From a virus: DNA of 64,000 bases. Position numbers and translations under genes: made by a program. The DNA is taken from IMG/VR virus record IMGVR_UViG_3300001681_000071, positions 15,173 to 79,172 of that record. One strand, written 5' to 3'. Below the pieces are notes generated by a model. That model worked only from the letters and a program-made list of their open reading frames with translations, ran no database searches and was not told the DNA's origin. Below are positions 1 through 8,475 of the stretch, piece after piece (the stretch's first letter is position 1; every line of letters starts with the position of its first letter).

Positions 1-52
1 ATTTCCGGTTCCTTGTTTATGGCAAGAAGCGCAACGGTCTTAGGAGGTAATT

Positions 53-1711
53 ATGTATAAACCAACACAGCTATTGAGAGTTAAAAAAGATAAAGACCCA
101 AACCTAGCTTATCAAACTAGCCGAATGAGTAATTTTAGGTTTAGTGTGAGATGTGCTTACCGTGGAAACTCACAGTTATCGGAGGCGGTTGACGGGTTTG
201 TTGATTGTATAGAGAGTGGCGAAGACTACTCTGATCCAACTAACAACCCAGATACTTATAGCCAGGAGACTCCCAGAACCCATGCAGAACAGTTTGGCAA
301 AGAACTGTTCAACCAGATGTTAGAGAACCCTGACCCGGTAGGCGATGATGACGGGGAACAATGGGCAAAAGACGCAATGGGTGTAATAAATGAACTAACT
401 TCATTCAAAGACCTGAAATACACCGTGAAGGGTGACGCTGACTTCTCAGCACTTGCGACTGCTCAACTCTTGCATGAAGGGAAAGAGTCTATAAGCGAAC
501 TGCGAAGGCAACAAAAGGAAGAAGAGAATGAAGAACAACCACCTGATCCTAACGGCCCTCCGGGTGGAGGAGGTGGCGAAGGCGATGATAGCGGAGAAGG
601 CGAAGACGCTCCAGATGGAAAAGGAAAGCCCAAAGAAGATAGCAAGCAACAAGAAGATAAGAAAGAACGCCAGAAGCAACGTGAGAAGGAAAGGGAGAGG
701 TCAAAAGATAAACTGCGCTCTAAGGTCTTTAAGAAAGTAAAGGAAATCAATGAAGACTTTGAGGATGCTATGTCCTGTATGTCTACCATCCCAGGAATGG
801 AGGACGGAGATATTCTTAACGGAGAAGATTCCGCTAAACGAATGGAGATAGCCAAAAGACTTCTTAACGACAAACGCTTCCGCGCCATTATGGACATGGC
901 GGGTCGTATGGAGATAGTTAGCTCCGGTGTTCCTTTAATGTCAAAAATGGCTAAAGAGAAAGTTGTTGGAGTGGAGACAGGAAACGATCTTCCATTCGTT
1001 CTTAATAGCGAGATAGGAAACTTAGCTGATCCAGAGACAGAGGACATATTCTACAATCGCTTCATAAGGTCAGAATTGCTTCAATATGAAATGGAAGGAG
1101 AAGACACTAAGGGGAAAGGTCCGTTGGTGGTCATGCTCGATGCTTCCAGTAGTATGCGGGGGCGTCGTAATGAATTCACTCAGGGTATGGCTGCTGCCAT
1201 ACTAAGTAGCTGCTATAAAGAAAAGCGAACAGTTATCTTCGCTGACTTCAATTACAGTGTCAAAGCTATCTATTCGTATAATGGAGATACAGGGTATTGC
1301 AACGTTGGTAATAGTAACTTTGCGAACGTTAAAACAACCGATTGTATAACGCTTATTGAAAAGCTATTATCGCGTGGTTGTAGTGGTGGTACGTCCTTTG
1401 ATTCCGCACTTGTATGGGCAATGGCTAACTCAGCTTGGGATGGCTGCGATAAAGACAGTGGCCCAGATATAATCATGCTAACTGATGGAGATTGCCATAT
1501 CTCCACAAGTACAAGTGAGAAAGCTAACGAAATAAAAGAAGAAAACGGAGTACGCTTTTGGGGAATACTTGTAGACCCAAGCCTTAGAGGTAACGATATA
1601 CCAGATGAATTCTGTAAGGTTTTCAATCACAGCGTAATAGTTGATACCAGTAATATTGAACAGGGTATTGGAGCTATAGGCGAACTGATAGGCAAAGCGA
1701 ACGATAGATAA
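53..1711 (+). CDS. VWA (von Willebrand A) domain protein, MoxR AAA-ATPase partner type
   Basis: MIDAS motif VMLDASSSM, GGTSFD and MLTDGD in the C-terminal domain; acidic Gly/Pro linker (PPDPNGPPGGGGGEG) and coiled coil; AGGAGG RBS upstream. Confidence 0.85.
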   Translation: MYKPTQLLRVKKDKDPNLAYQTSRMSNFRFSVRCAYRGNSQLSEAVDGFVDCIESGEDYSDPTNNPDTYSQETPRTHAEQFGKELFNQMLENPDPVGDDDGEQWAKDAMGVINELTSFKDLKYTVKGDADFSALATAQLLHEGKESISELRRQQKEEENEEQPPDPNGPPGGGGGEGDDSGEGEDAPDGKGKPKEDSKQQEDKKERQKQREKERERSKDKLRSKVFKKVKEINEDFEDAMSCMSTIPGMEDGDILNGEDSAKRMEIAKRLLNDKRFRAIMDMAGRMEIVSSGVPLMSKMAKEKVVGVETGNDLPFVLNSEIGNLADPETEDIFYNRFIRSELLQYEMEGEDTKGKGPLVVMLDASSSMRGRRNEFTQGMAAAILSSCYKEKRTVIFADFNYSVKAIYSYNGDTGYCNVGNSNFANVKTTDCITLIEKLLSRGCSGGTSFDSALVWAMANSAWDGCDKDSGPDIIMLTDGDCHISTSTSEKANEIKEENGVRFWGILVDPSLRGNDIPDEFCKVFNHSVIVDTSNIEQGIGAIGELIGKANDR

Positions 1712-1738
1712 CTAACCAACAAACCAGAAGGAAAACCA

Positions 1739-2377
1739 ATGCGACCAACAACAATAGATAAAACATTAGCCGAAAAGAAGGTGGGCATGTTGTGGTGTGA
1801 CCACGGCAAGCACGAATTCAGCGACTATGCGTCATTTGAAATAGACGAAAGCATCTCTCCTAACCATATTATATGCTTTGAATGTAGCAGGGTTATTGCC
1901 AATGAAGAGGTGATGCCCAAACGAACGAAAGACATAGCCCTCTCAGAAGAGCTATGGATACCTGTAGAAGAGGTGGATGAAGCCTTAGCTTTCTTTTACG
2001 AAGAAAACCCCAACCATAGCAGAGAATATGAGGAAGCTGATTGGGATAGTAGCTGCATAGAAGTAGCTATGGAACAAGACCTCGACGTATGCAATCTGGT
2101 TAGCAACGAAACCGTAATCTATTACCGAGATATGGGTAATGGCGGTGGGCTTACAGAAGATGAGATGGTGGAAAAGATAGTAGAACACTTGGAGTTCGAT
2201 ATAAAAAGACCACCACACACTGTAGATTTAGTATCTATGGAGATTGGTGCGGAGTCTGAGATAGTTTCAGCAGATAAATACGCTATCGTTACGATAACTT
2301 GTTCGCTTGATAAGGATTTGAAAGACTTCCACACTAAGTTGGTTCAAATGGTTCGCGAACGAAGGAGTCAATTGTAA
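1739..2377 (+). CDS. hypothetical protein with possible N-terminal zinc-binding motif
   Basis: 212-aa ORF, CDHGKH...CFEC; preceded by AAACCAGAAGGA leader. Confidence 0.6.
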   Translation: MRPTTIDKTLAEKKVGMLWCDHGKHEFSDYASFEIDESISPNHIICFECSRVIANEEVMPKRTKDIALSEELWIPVEEVDEALAFFYEENPNHSREYEEADWDSSCIEVAMEQDLDVCNLVSNETVIYYRDMGNGGGLTEDEMVEKIVEHLEFDIKRPPHTVDLVSMEIGAESEIVSADKYAIVTITCSLDKDLKDFHTKLVQMVRERRSQL

Positions 2378-2498
2378 TGGAAGACATTCTTTTTGAAGAC
2401 GTAGGCAGAATGGCCCTATTGATTGGCTTCATGTTCTTAATTGGATATGTTTGTCAAGAGATATACAGAAAATTCAATCCTTGGGAAGAGGAAGACCT

Positions 2499-3056
2499 AT
2501 GAACTTCGATATATTTAAGATAGCTGATGAGTATCACACGAAGCATAAGATACCACAGCACAAGACAAGACCTAAGACATGGAATTTCAACATAGATGAC
2601 CTTATAGAGTTTCACTCAGAGAAGGATGAGTATAAAGAACTGGTAAAGCATCTAAAATCCACACAGAAGAAAGATAAAGAACAAAAAACGCTAATAGCTT
2701 GCCCATCGGACAATAAGATTCATGGTCTTTTGAATGAAAGCACAGGATCATGTTTATGGATATTCGGTCCACAGTGGTATATTGAAAACGCCAATCTTGG
2801 TTATTTATTCGACGTTAAGCTCTTCACAAAGACCAAAACCGTAAAGAAGAAGAAGGCTAACGTCAAAATGGTAGCCGCTATCTTCATAGCCGGGATTAAG
2901 GGCCGCGAAGTAGCACATGTTCTTAGTTTTGAAGCCGCTAACCCAGGAAGCAGCTTGAACTCAGTCAGGAGATTTGGTGTTAGCGACACATTTAAAACAA
3001 AAAAGCGAACATGTGTTGGAACTGACGCAGCACACACCTATTGGCATAGCCTATAA
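2499..3056 (+). CDS. hypothetical protein
   Basis: ORF 2451..3056; in-frame ATG at 2499 follows GAGGAAG. Confidence 0.6.
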   Translation: MNFDIFKIADEYHTKHKIPQHKTRPKTWNFNIDDLIEFHSEKDEYKELVKHLKSTQKKDKEQKTLIACPSDNKIHGLLNESTGSCLWIFGPQWYIENANLGYLFDVKLFTKTKTVKKKKANVKMVAAIFIAGIKGREVAHVLSFEAANPGSSLNSVRRFGVSDTFKTKKRTCVGTDAAHTYWHSL

Positions 3057-3066
3057 AGGAAGTAAA

Positions 3067-3675
3067 ATGAACACAACCGAACCAGAAGTAAAAGTATTGA
3101 ACCATCCAGTAGAACCATATCTTTTCAAGGTGACAATAGACTACGGGAGCCATACCGACGATGTTAGCGGCTGGGTAGACCAGAGCCAACTTAACAACCT
3201 CATTGAATTGGGGAATATATTTATAAACAACGAAAGGTTCAAAGAAGACAAACCTAAGCCCGGAGCTATGTCTTCCCATTCATTCAATTTTGCAAACGAG
3301 ATAACCAGAGAATCTTTCTTATTGGTTCTTCCGGAGCTATCTATATTAGACTCGAAGAAGGCGAGAGAGATTATACTTAACGAAGTAGAAAACTCGTTGG
3401 TTAGAGCCGGTTGGAAAAGAAGTCACGTTAAAAGAAAAGATAATGATTATGGTCAACCAATGCGGGGATGGAAGATAGGTAAAGCATTACCGCAAAAGTG
3501 TGTGGTATTTAGGTGTAGACATAGCAAGCGCAAGCATCCACCAAAGCCACCCCATACCTTATCTTCACCAAGCATAACACAGCACTCCTGTACAGAGATA
3601 GTGGTTTCACACTTAGCGTGGCCTTACCTTATGGAAGCTATGAAAGAATTATCCAAACGTGTGCTCTCGCTATGA
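3067..3675 (+). CDS. hypothetical protein
   Basis: ORF 2974..3675; in-frame ATG at 3067 after AAGGA. Confidence 0.6.
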   Translation: MNTTEPEVKVLNHPVEPYLFKVTIDYGSHTDDVSGWVDQSQLNNLIELGNIFINNERFKEDKPKPGAMSSHSFNFANEITRESFLLVLPELSILDSKKAREIILNEVENSLVRAGWKRSHVKRKDNDYGQPMRGWKIGKALPQKCVVFRCRHSKRKHPPKPPHTLSSPSITQHSCTEIVVSHLAWPYLMEAMKELSKRVLSL

Positions 3676-4022
3676 GCGTTTATGCCACTAAGGATGGTTT
3701 TATTTTGACCGTGACCAAGGGTGATGTTGATTATGGCTTGCGTATAGAGGACTCAAACGGTGTGACTCTCTATTTTTCGTCTGTTGCTTTTTCTTCTGAG
3801 GAATATGGCAGTAAACCAGCGGAACGGTACGAAGATTACGATGAGGCCGATATGGCTTATTTGGATGGGGATAAAGATGCTTTTATTGAGTGGGATGATG
3901 AGGATTGGGAACAAGTATTAGAAGACGAGGCAGATGAACTTCTTAATAGATTAGCCGGTATAGACGGTGGCGTTATTGAGAGAACGGACAACCCTATAAG
4001 GACAGTTATTTCAAGATTATAA
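3672..4022 (+). CDS. acidic hypothetical protein
   Basis: ATGA overlap with upstream stop; very Asp/Glu-rich C-terminal half. Confidence 0.6.
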   Translation: MSVYATKDGFILTVTKGDVDYGLRIEDSNGVTLYFSSVAFSSEEYGSKPAERYEDYDEADMAYLDGDKDAFIEWDDEDWEQVLEDEADELLNRLAGIDGGVIERTDNPIRTVISRL

Positions 4023-4032
4023 GGAAGCAACC

Positions 4033-4431
4033 ATGATAGAAAGAACCGAAACCAGAATTACTAACCACAACCCTAAGTTTGGCCTTGGTCAAGTTGTAGT
4101 TACATGTGGAATAGGTGTGTTGATAGAAGCAGATGATGATTTCAAGGAGCAAATTAATATATCTATTGGCAAACACCATCGCGGAGAATGGGGAACTTTG
4201 ACCAATGAGGATAGAAATCAAAATGAAAAGCATTTAAGAAGCGGGGAACGCTTAATGTCAATCTATTATCTTGCTTATGGATCACCAATTCCCGACCCCT
4301 TCGGAACGGGGTTATTCCGAACTGATAATAAAATAAAGATATACGTTATCACAGAACGTGTAACTCCTAATGAAGCAAAAGGTATTGCGGAACGTCCTTG
4401 TACTACGGTATTGCTACCAACCGAATACTAA
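4033..4431 (+). CDS. conserved small protein of plasmids/ICEs/phages, function unknown
   Basis: FGLGQVVVT..HHRGEWG..EDRNQNE..GERLMSIY..IYVITE..TTVLLPTEY matches the pattern of a widespread mobile-element family. Confidence 0.7.
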   Translation: MIERTETRITNHNPKFGLGQVVVTCGIGVLIEADDDFKEQINISIGKHHRGEWGTLTNEDRNQNEKHLRSGERLMSIYYLAYGSPIPDPFGTGLFRTDNKIKIYVITERVTPNEAKGIAERPCTTVLLPTEY

Positions 4432-4685
4432 TCATGGACACAAATTACAATAGCCGGAGAAATACTCATGGTGTCACCGTCATGTTTATGGGTTTGGTGC
4501 CTATAGATTTAAGTGGTGATGGTATTATGAGAGACTGCTCCCTAAACGGGATGCGCTACCGTCGCCAAGGCCGACAAATAGAAAGCCACTTGGTAGAATG
4601 AAGGATTACGAAAGAACTAACAAAGCTATGGGTATAAGATTTGTTATTCAAGTTCATAGGAACCAATACAATAACTAATAGAGTT

Positions 4686-4730
4686 TACACGCACAAGGAA
4701 TACACGCACAAGTAATACCCGCACAGACAA
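4686..4730. repeat. three tandem 15-bp direct repeats (TACACGCACAAGNAA)
   Basis: tacacgcacaaggaa / tacacgcacaagtaa / tacccgcacagacaa, intergenic. Confidence 0.8.
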
Positions 4731-4757
4731 CCACAAACCAACTAGAAGGAAGACAAC

Positions 4758-5081
4758 ATGAAACCGATTGATTTACTTTTTGCCAACCTTGCGGAAATGA
4801 TCCGTGATGGAATGGCTGACGGTCAGAGCAACATGGATAAACTCGTTTCCAATATTTACATGGAGATAGGCGAGTATCACTCTGAACCAGACGTATACGG
4901 TCTGCCTATGGATCCAGAAGAACAAGAGGACTGCGAGCTAACAGGATTTGAAGACTATGAACTCTGTCCGTTGTGTCAGAACTCAATCCCAATTGGTAGC
5001 AATTGTTCATTCTGTGAAGAAACGACACGCAGAGACGAAAAGAACGGATTGTATCCAGATAAATCTGACGACTGCAACTAA
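4758..5081 (+). CDS. hypothetical protein with CxxC..CxxC zinc ribbon
   Basis: CPLC..CSFC; leader AACCA..GAAGGAAG. Confidence 0.65.
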   Translation: MKPIDLLFANLAEMIRDGMADGQSNMDKLVSNIYMEIGEYHSEPDVYGLPMDPEEQEDCELTGFEDYELCPLCQNSIPIGSNCSFCEETTRRDEKNGLYPDKSDDCN

Positions 5082-5109
5082 ACAACCATAAACCCGAAGG
5101 AAGACAGAA

Positions 5110-5391
5110 ATGAAAAAATCAAAACAGAAAGCTCGATATAGGGAGCGTAAAGCTATCTTTAATATAGCAGACCAATTGGTTAAAGATGAGGGTAGCCGAA
5201 AACTTCTCTTAGCACTTCTGATCCCACTTAAAGGATCAAACAGTGGGGTTCTAACTCAAAAAGAATGCTACTCCTGTAATGAACTACGAACCGCATTAAT
5301 TCTCATCTTAAAGAGGGGCGCTTCTGCCGATGGGTATATGCCCAAAAAGACGGAGAAGGAATTCCTTAAAACGTGGAGGGGTGATGCCTAA
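5110..5391 (+). CDS. hypothetical protein
   Basis: 93-aa ORF with shared leader motif. Confidence 0.6.
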   Translation: MKKSKQKARYRERKAIFNIADQLVKDEGSRKLLLALLIPLKGSNSGVLTQKECYSCNELRTALILILKRGASADGYMPKKTEKEFLKTWRGDA

Positions 5392-5632
5392 ACTCCAAAC
5401 CTATCAGCAACCATAAAACCAAAGGAAGATAGACATGAAGACATTTCAAAGATGGTGCGAAGACCAAGGAAGGCGATGGATAGGCTCCACTACTTACGAA
5501 GAATTTGAAAAGAATGCACAAGACTATGAAGCTTACCGAAAGGCAGAAGCAGAGAGGAAGGAGAAAGAAAATGACAGGCGATGATGTGAAGAGGACAAGC
5601 CACAGATTTATAGGATCAAAAGGAGATATGAC

Positions 5633-5824
5633 ATGGTTAAAGTAACGGATAAAAATGGAAACGAGATGTGGATTAACCCAAGCCGGGTTGACTGGATCAG
5701 TAAACATATCGACGGAAACACGATCCTGTGCCTCGGTGAAAAGCATATATTCTTCACGGAATCCCCGGAAGAAATACTGCGCCTCCTCAGAGAGCCCCAC
5801 AAAACTTGGTGCGAGAATGACTGA
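5633..5824 (+). CDS. FlbD/SwrD-like small protein
   Basis: MVKVTDKNGNEMWINPSRVDWI...FTESPEEIL resembles the FlbD family pattern; AAGGAG RBS. Confidence 0.6.
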   Translation: MVKVTDKNGNEMWINPSRVDWISKHIDGNTILCLGEKHIFFTESPEEILRLLREPHKTWCEND

Positions 5825-6161
5825 TTTCACCTATTACACCTATTACACATACTATCAATGCGACTCTACTGAGGGGTTTTCAACAGAGGTAAAGGGGAGC
5901 AATGGAAATACCTACACGGTAAGATACGTAGCATCCAACCACAAAGAACATGACTGCTCTCATGGGTATAGCTGTACGTGTCCTGTCTATAAATCCACCA
6001 AAACAGCACTATGCAAGCATATTGAACAAGCACGAAAAGAAGGGAGGCACTGTACTTGGATGCAGTTTCTCGACGGAGGGCAACCTACCGTAGAACCTGA
6101 TGGAACACACTTGTGTCCTGAGTGTGGAAGCGATGTAACCAAAAGACAATGGGCTTGCTAA
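5817..6161 (+). CDS. SWIM zinc-finger protein, copy 1
   Basis: YSCTCP..LCKHI SWIM motif plus C-terminal CPECG; start overlaps upstream stop. Confidence 0.8.
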   Translation: MTDFTYYTYYTYYQCDSTEGFSTEVKGSNGNTYTVRYVASNHKEHDCSHGYSCTCPVYKSTKTALCKHIEQARKEGRHCTWMQFLDGGQPTVEPDGTHLCPECGSDVTKRQWAC

Positions 6162-6200
6162 GAAGACAACAATAAACAATCAAACCAGTAGGAAAACAAG

Positions 6201-6536
6201 ATGCATGATTTTACATACCATACATATTACCAATGTAACTCAACCGAAGGCTTTTCAACAGAGGTAAAGGGAAGCAATGGAAACGCCTATACCGTAAGAT
6301 ACGGATCGTCCGGTCACAAAGAACATGATTATTCTCATGGATATAGTTGTACTTGCCCTTCATACAAGTTCGATAAAAAAGCAACATGCAAGCACATTGA
6401 ACAGGTAAAAAAAGAAGGTCGGCACTGTAATTGGATGCAATTTACCGATGGTAACACGCCTACGATAGAACCTGATGGAACACAAGTCTGTCCTGAGTGT
6501 GGGAACGGTATAACTGCAAGAGAATGGGCTTGCTAA
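6201..6536 (+). CDS. SWIM zinc-finger protein, copy 2 (tandem paralog)
   Basis: YSCTCP..TCKHI, CPECG; alignable end to end with 5817..6161. Confidence 0.8.
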   Translation: MHDFTYHTYYQCNSTEGFSTEVKGSNGNAYTVRYGSSGHKEHDYSHGYSCTCPSYKFDKKATCKHIEQVKKEGRHCNWMQFTDGNTPTIEPDGTQVCPECGNGITAREWAC

Positions 6537-6546
6537 GGATACAACC

Positions 6547-6834
6547 ATGAACGATACACAATCATTAGTTAAAGCCATACAAAAAGTACAAGCTACAAGT
6601 GCTGATAATTATGACGGTTTCGATGGGGTACGACCAAACCAAAGAATAACAAATTATCTTAATGCTGTAGACGATCTTAGAGACTTATTGCTTTCGACAT
6701 TTAGTGAGAGGGAACTCGGAAGATTGACCGAATTGCTAATTGATATGCAAAGTGATTCACTTTCGGTATTTGATATGGATGGAAATGAAATACCTAAAAC
6801 TATAGAGTCATTTTTGTTGGATGACTTGATCTAA
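6547..6834 (+). CDS. hypothetical protein
   Basis: 95-aa ORF with AAGGA RBS. Confidence 0.55.
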   Translation: MNDTQSLVKAIQKVQATSADNYDGFDGVRPNQRITNYLNAVDDLRDLLLSTFSERELGRLTELLIDMQSDSLSVFDMDGNEIPKTIESFLLDDLI

Positions 6835-6920
6835 ATACAATGCAAACAGACCCATTATCAGATGACAATCAAACCATAGGCTCATTTATAGATGAGCTTT
6901 CAAACCAGTAGGAGAATAAA

Positions 6921-7256
6921 ATGAGAATTAGATTAGCAAACACGAAACAATTCTTAGCACTTGAAAAGGATTCACGCGGTAGAAATCAAGGACCAAGTAA
7001 AAAGTTATTAAAGATAATTGACCCAAGTGGCATTCATGTAGTTGAGTTTCTGATGATTCATAACGATTGTGAATGTAGGTGCCGTTGGGTGGTCAAGGTT
7101 AAAGACCAGAAATTGCCCATAACGGTGACCATGGACAATTCATTTGAAGCCTTAGATCAAAATAGCTCCTTAGTTGACAACGAAGACATAAAGGAAGCAA
7201 TCGAAAGAGAAGCTTTGGAAGAAATACCAGCATTAGACCCATGCAGATTGAATTAA
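6921..7256 (+). CDS. hypothetical protein
   Basis: 111-aa ORF, leader AAACCAGTAGGAG. Confidence 0.6.
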   Translation: MRIRLANTKQFLALEKDSRGRNQGPSKKLLKIIDPSGIHVVEFLMIHNDCECRCRWVVKVKDQKLPITVTMDNSFEALDQNSSLVDNEDIKEAIEREALEEIPALDPCRLN

Positions 7257-7265
7257 AGGAGGTGA

Positions 7266-7583
7266 ATGATGAAGTGCTATCAAGTGCGTTATGAAGAGTC
7301 TGACCGATGGTCGCCAACTGGATTCCGAATTGTCTGGACAAATGAATTTCATGCCACCAAGGAAGGTGCAATGAATTCTGCTCAGACAAAGACCACAGAG
7401 GTAGTCGTTTCTGAATGTAAGATACCTACTGATAAACAGTCGGTAATTGCATATCTTAATGGAGCCCCTCCAATCTTGCATGGTATGGAGGTACGCCACC
7501 TGTTCTGGAATGAAGACGGCAAATCTGACACATTACTTCCGTATGGTGAAAAACGAACGGAGATGTATAATGAGAAACCCTAA
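7266..7583 (+). CDS. hypothetical protein
   Basis: AAGGAGGTG RBS, 105 aa. Confidence 0.6.
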   Translation: MMKCYQVRYEESDRWSPTGFRIVWTNEFHATKEGAMNSAQTKTTEVVVSECKIPTDKQSVIAYLNGAPPILHGMEVRHLFWNEDGKSDTLLPYGEKRTEMYNEKP

Positions 7584-7872
7584 CGAAATTTTCATTACTG
7601 GCAGATGCGGAGAAGTCTGTGAAGACGCCTATAAATGTTTAGTGTTTGGCGAATGCCTAAATCCTATAAAAGATGATGCTGAGATTGATGTTTCTGAACT
7701 AAGGAAACCTCTACTTATACTCAAAGAGTTACGATATGATCAGGCGTTGAAGCCTGATATATATTACTCAACTCAACTTGATAGAGCTATTCACTACTTA
7801 GAAGTATTTTTGGCGGCAGTGAATGAAAAGAATGAGAGTCTTAAAACAAAAGAAGATGGATTTCCTAAGTAG
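7570..7872 (+). CDS. hypothetical protein
   Basis: in-frame ATG at 7570 overlapping the upstream gene end. Confidence 0.5.
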   Translation: MRNPNEIFITGRCGEVCEDAYKCLVFGECLNPIKDDAEIDVSELRKPLLILKELRYDQALKPDIYYSTQLDRAIHYLEVFLAAVNEKNESLKTKEDGFPK

Positions 7873-8137
7873 GATTTTCTTAGTTACTCATTGTATTGAA
7901 GCCAAGTCAAAGGGCCTTATCTTATTATTCCCCAAGGATAAGGCTTTTTTTTATTCAGAAGAGCCTATCAAAAAAGGGATACCTGAGATATATACAGAGA
8001 CAGAGTGCGGCAAGTATTTTACTGTTGATGGCTCTAAGAATGTCATAGAACTAAAGAACAGAAGATTCCTACGCTATGGGGTTAATGTTTACAACAAAGA
8101 GGACGTATTTTTCTATGTTGAAGAAGGATTGCTTTAG
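7823..8137 (+). CDS. hypothetical protein
   Basis: 104-aa ORF in a packed + strand cluster. Confidence 0.5.
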   Translation: MKRMRVLKQKKMDFLSRIFLVTHCIEAKSKGLILLFPKDKAFFYSEEPIKKGIPEIYTETECGKYFTVDGSKNVIELKNRRFLRYGVNVYNKEDVFFYVEEGLL

Positions 8138-8165
8138 GTCAAAGACAGAACCATATTGGAGGAGC

Positions 8166-8474
8166 ATGAACACATGGATTTGCACAAATCATCTCCCCAG
8201 CATCTCTCTTCCGGCTAATGCTACTGAATGTTGGTATATAACTTGCCCATGTAAGAGGCCGACATTTGAAGAAAGAGATGCCAAATTCAAAGTATCGTTA
8301 TGTGGTTGGGAAAAATGTAAGCGTGGATTTGAAGGAGGTCATGGCAGAAAGAAACAAGGAAGGAAGTATTGTTCCCACGAATGTAGAAAGGACAGGGCGA
8401 GACACACGTATAATATGAAGAAAAAACGAGCCCAAAGCACAGAGAATATAGTGTTACACAAACTGCATCAATAA
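8166..8474 (+). CDS. zinc-finger protein
   Basis: CGWEKC...RKYCSHECR; GGAGG RBS before ATG 8166. Confidence 0.6.
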   Translation: MNTWICTNHLPSISLPANATECWYITCPCKRPTFEERDAKFKVSLCGWEKCKRGFEGGHGRKKQGRKYCSHECRKDRARHTYNMKKKRAQSTENIVLHKLHQ

Positions 8475-8475
8475 T

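Noticed and set aside
463-1626. Long - strand ORFs inside the VWA gene
   Set aside because: Ser/Phe-rich antisense shadows without recognisable features.
4686-4730. Short repeats as a mini-CRISPR array
   Set aside because: Units are 15 bp and contiguous with no spacers.
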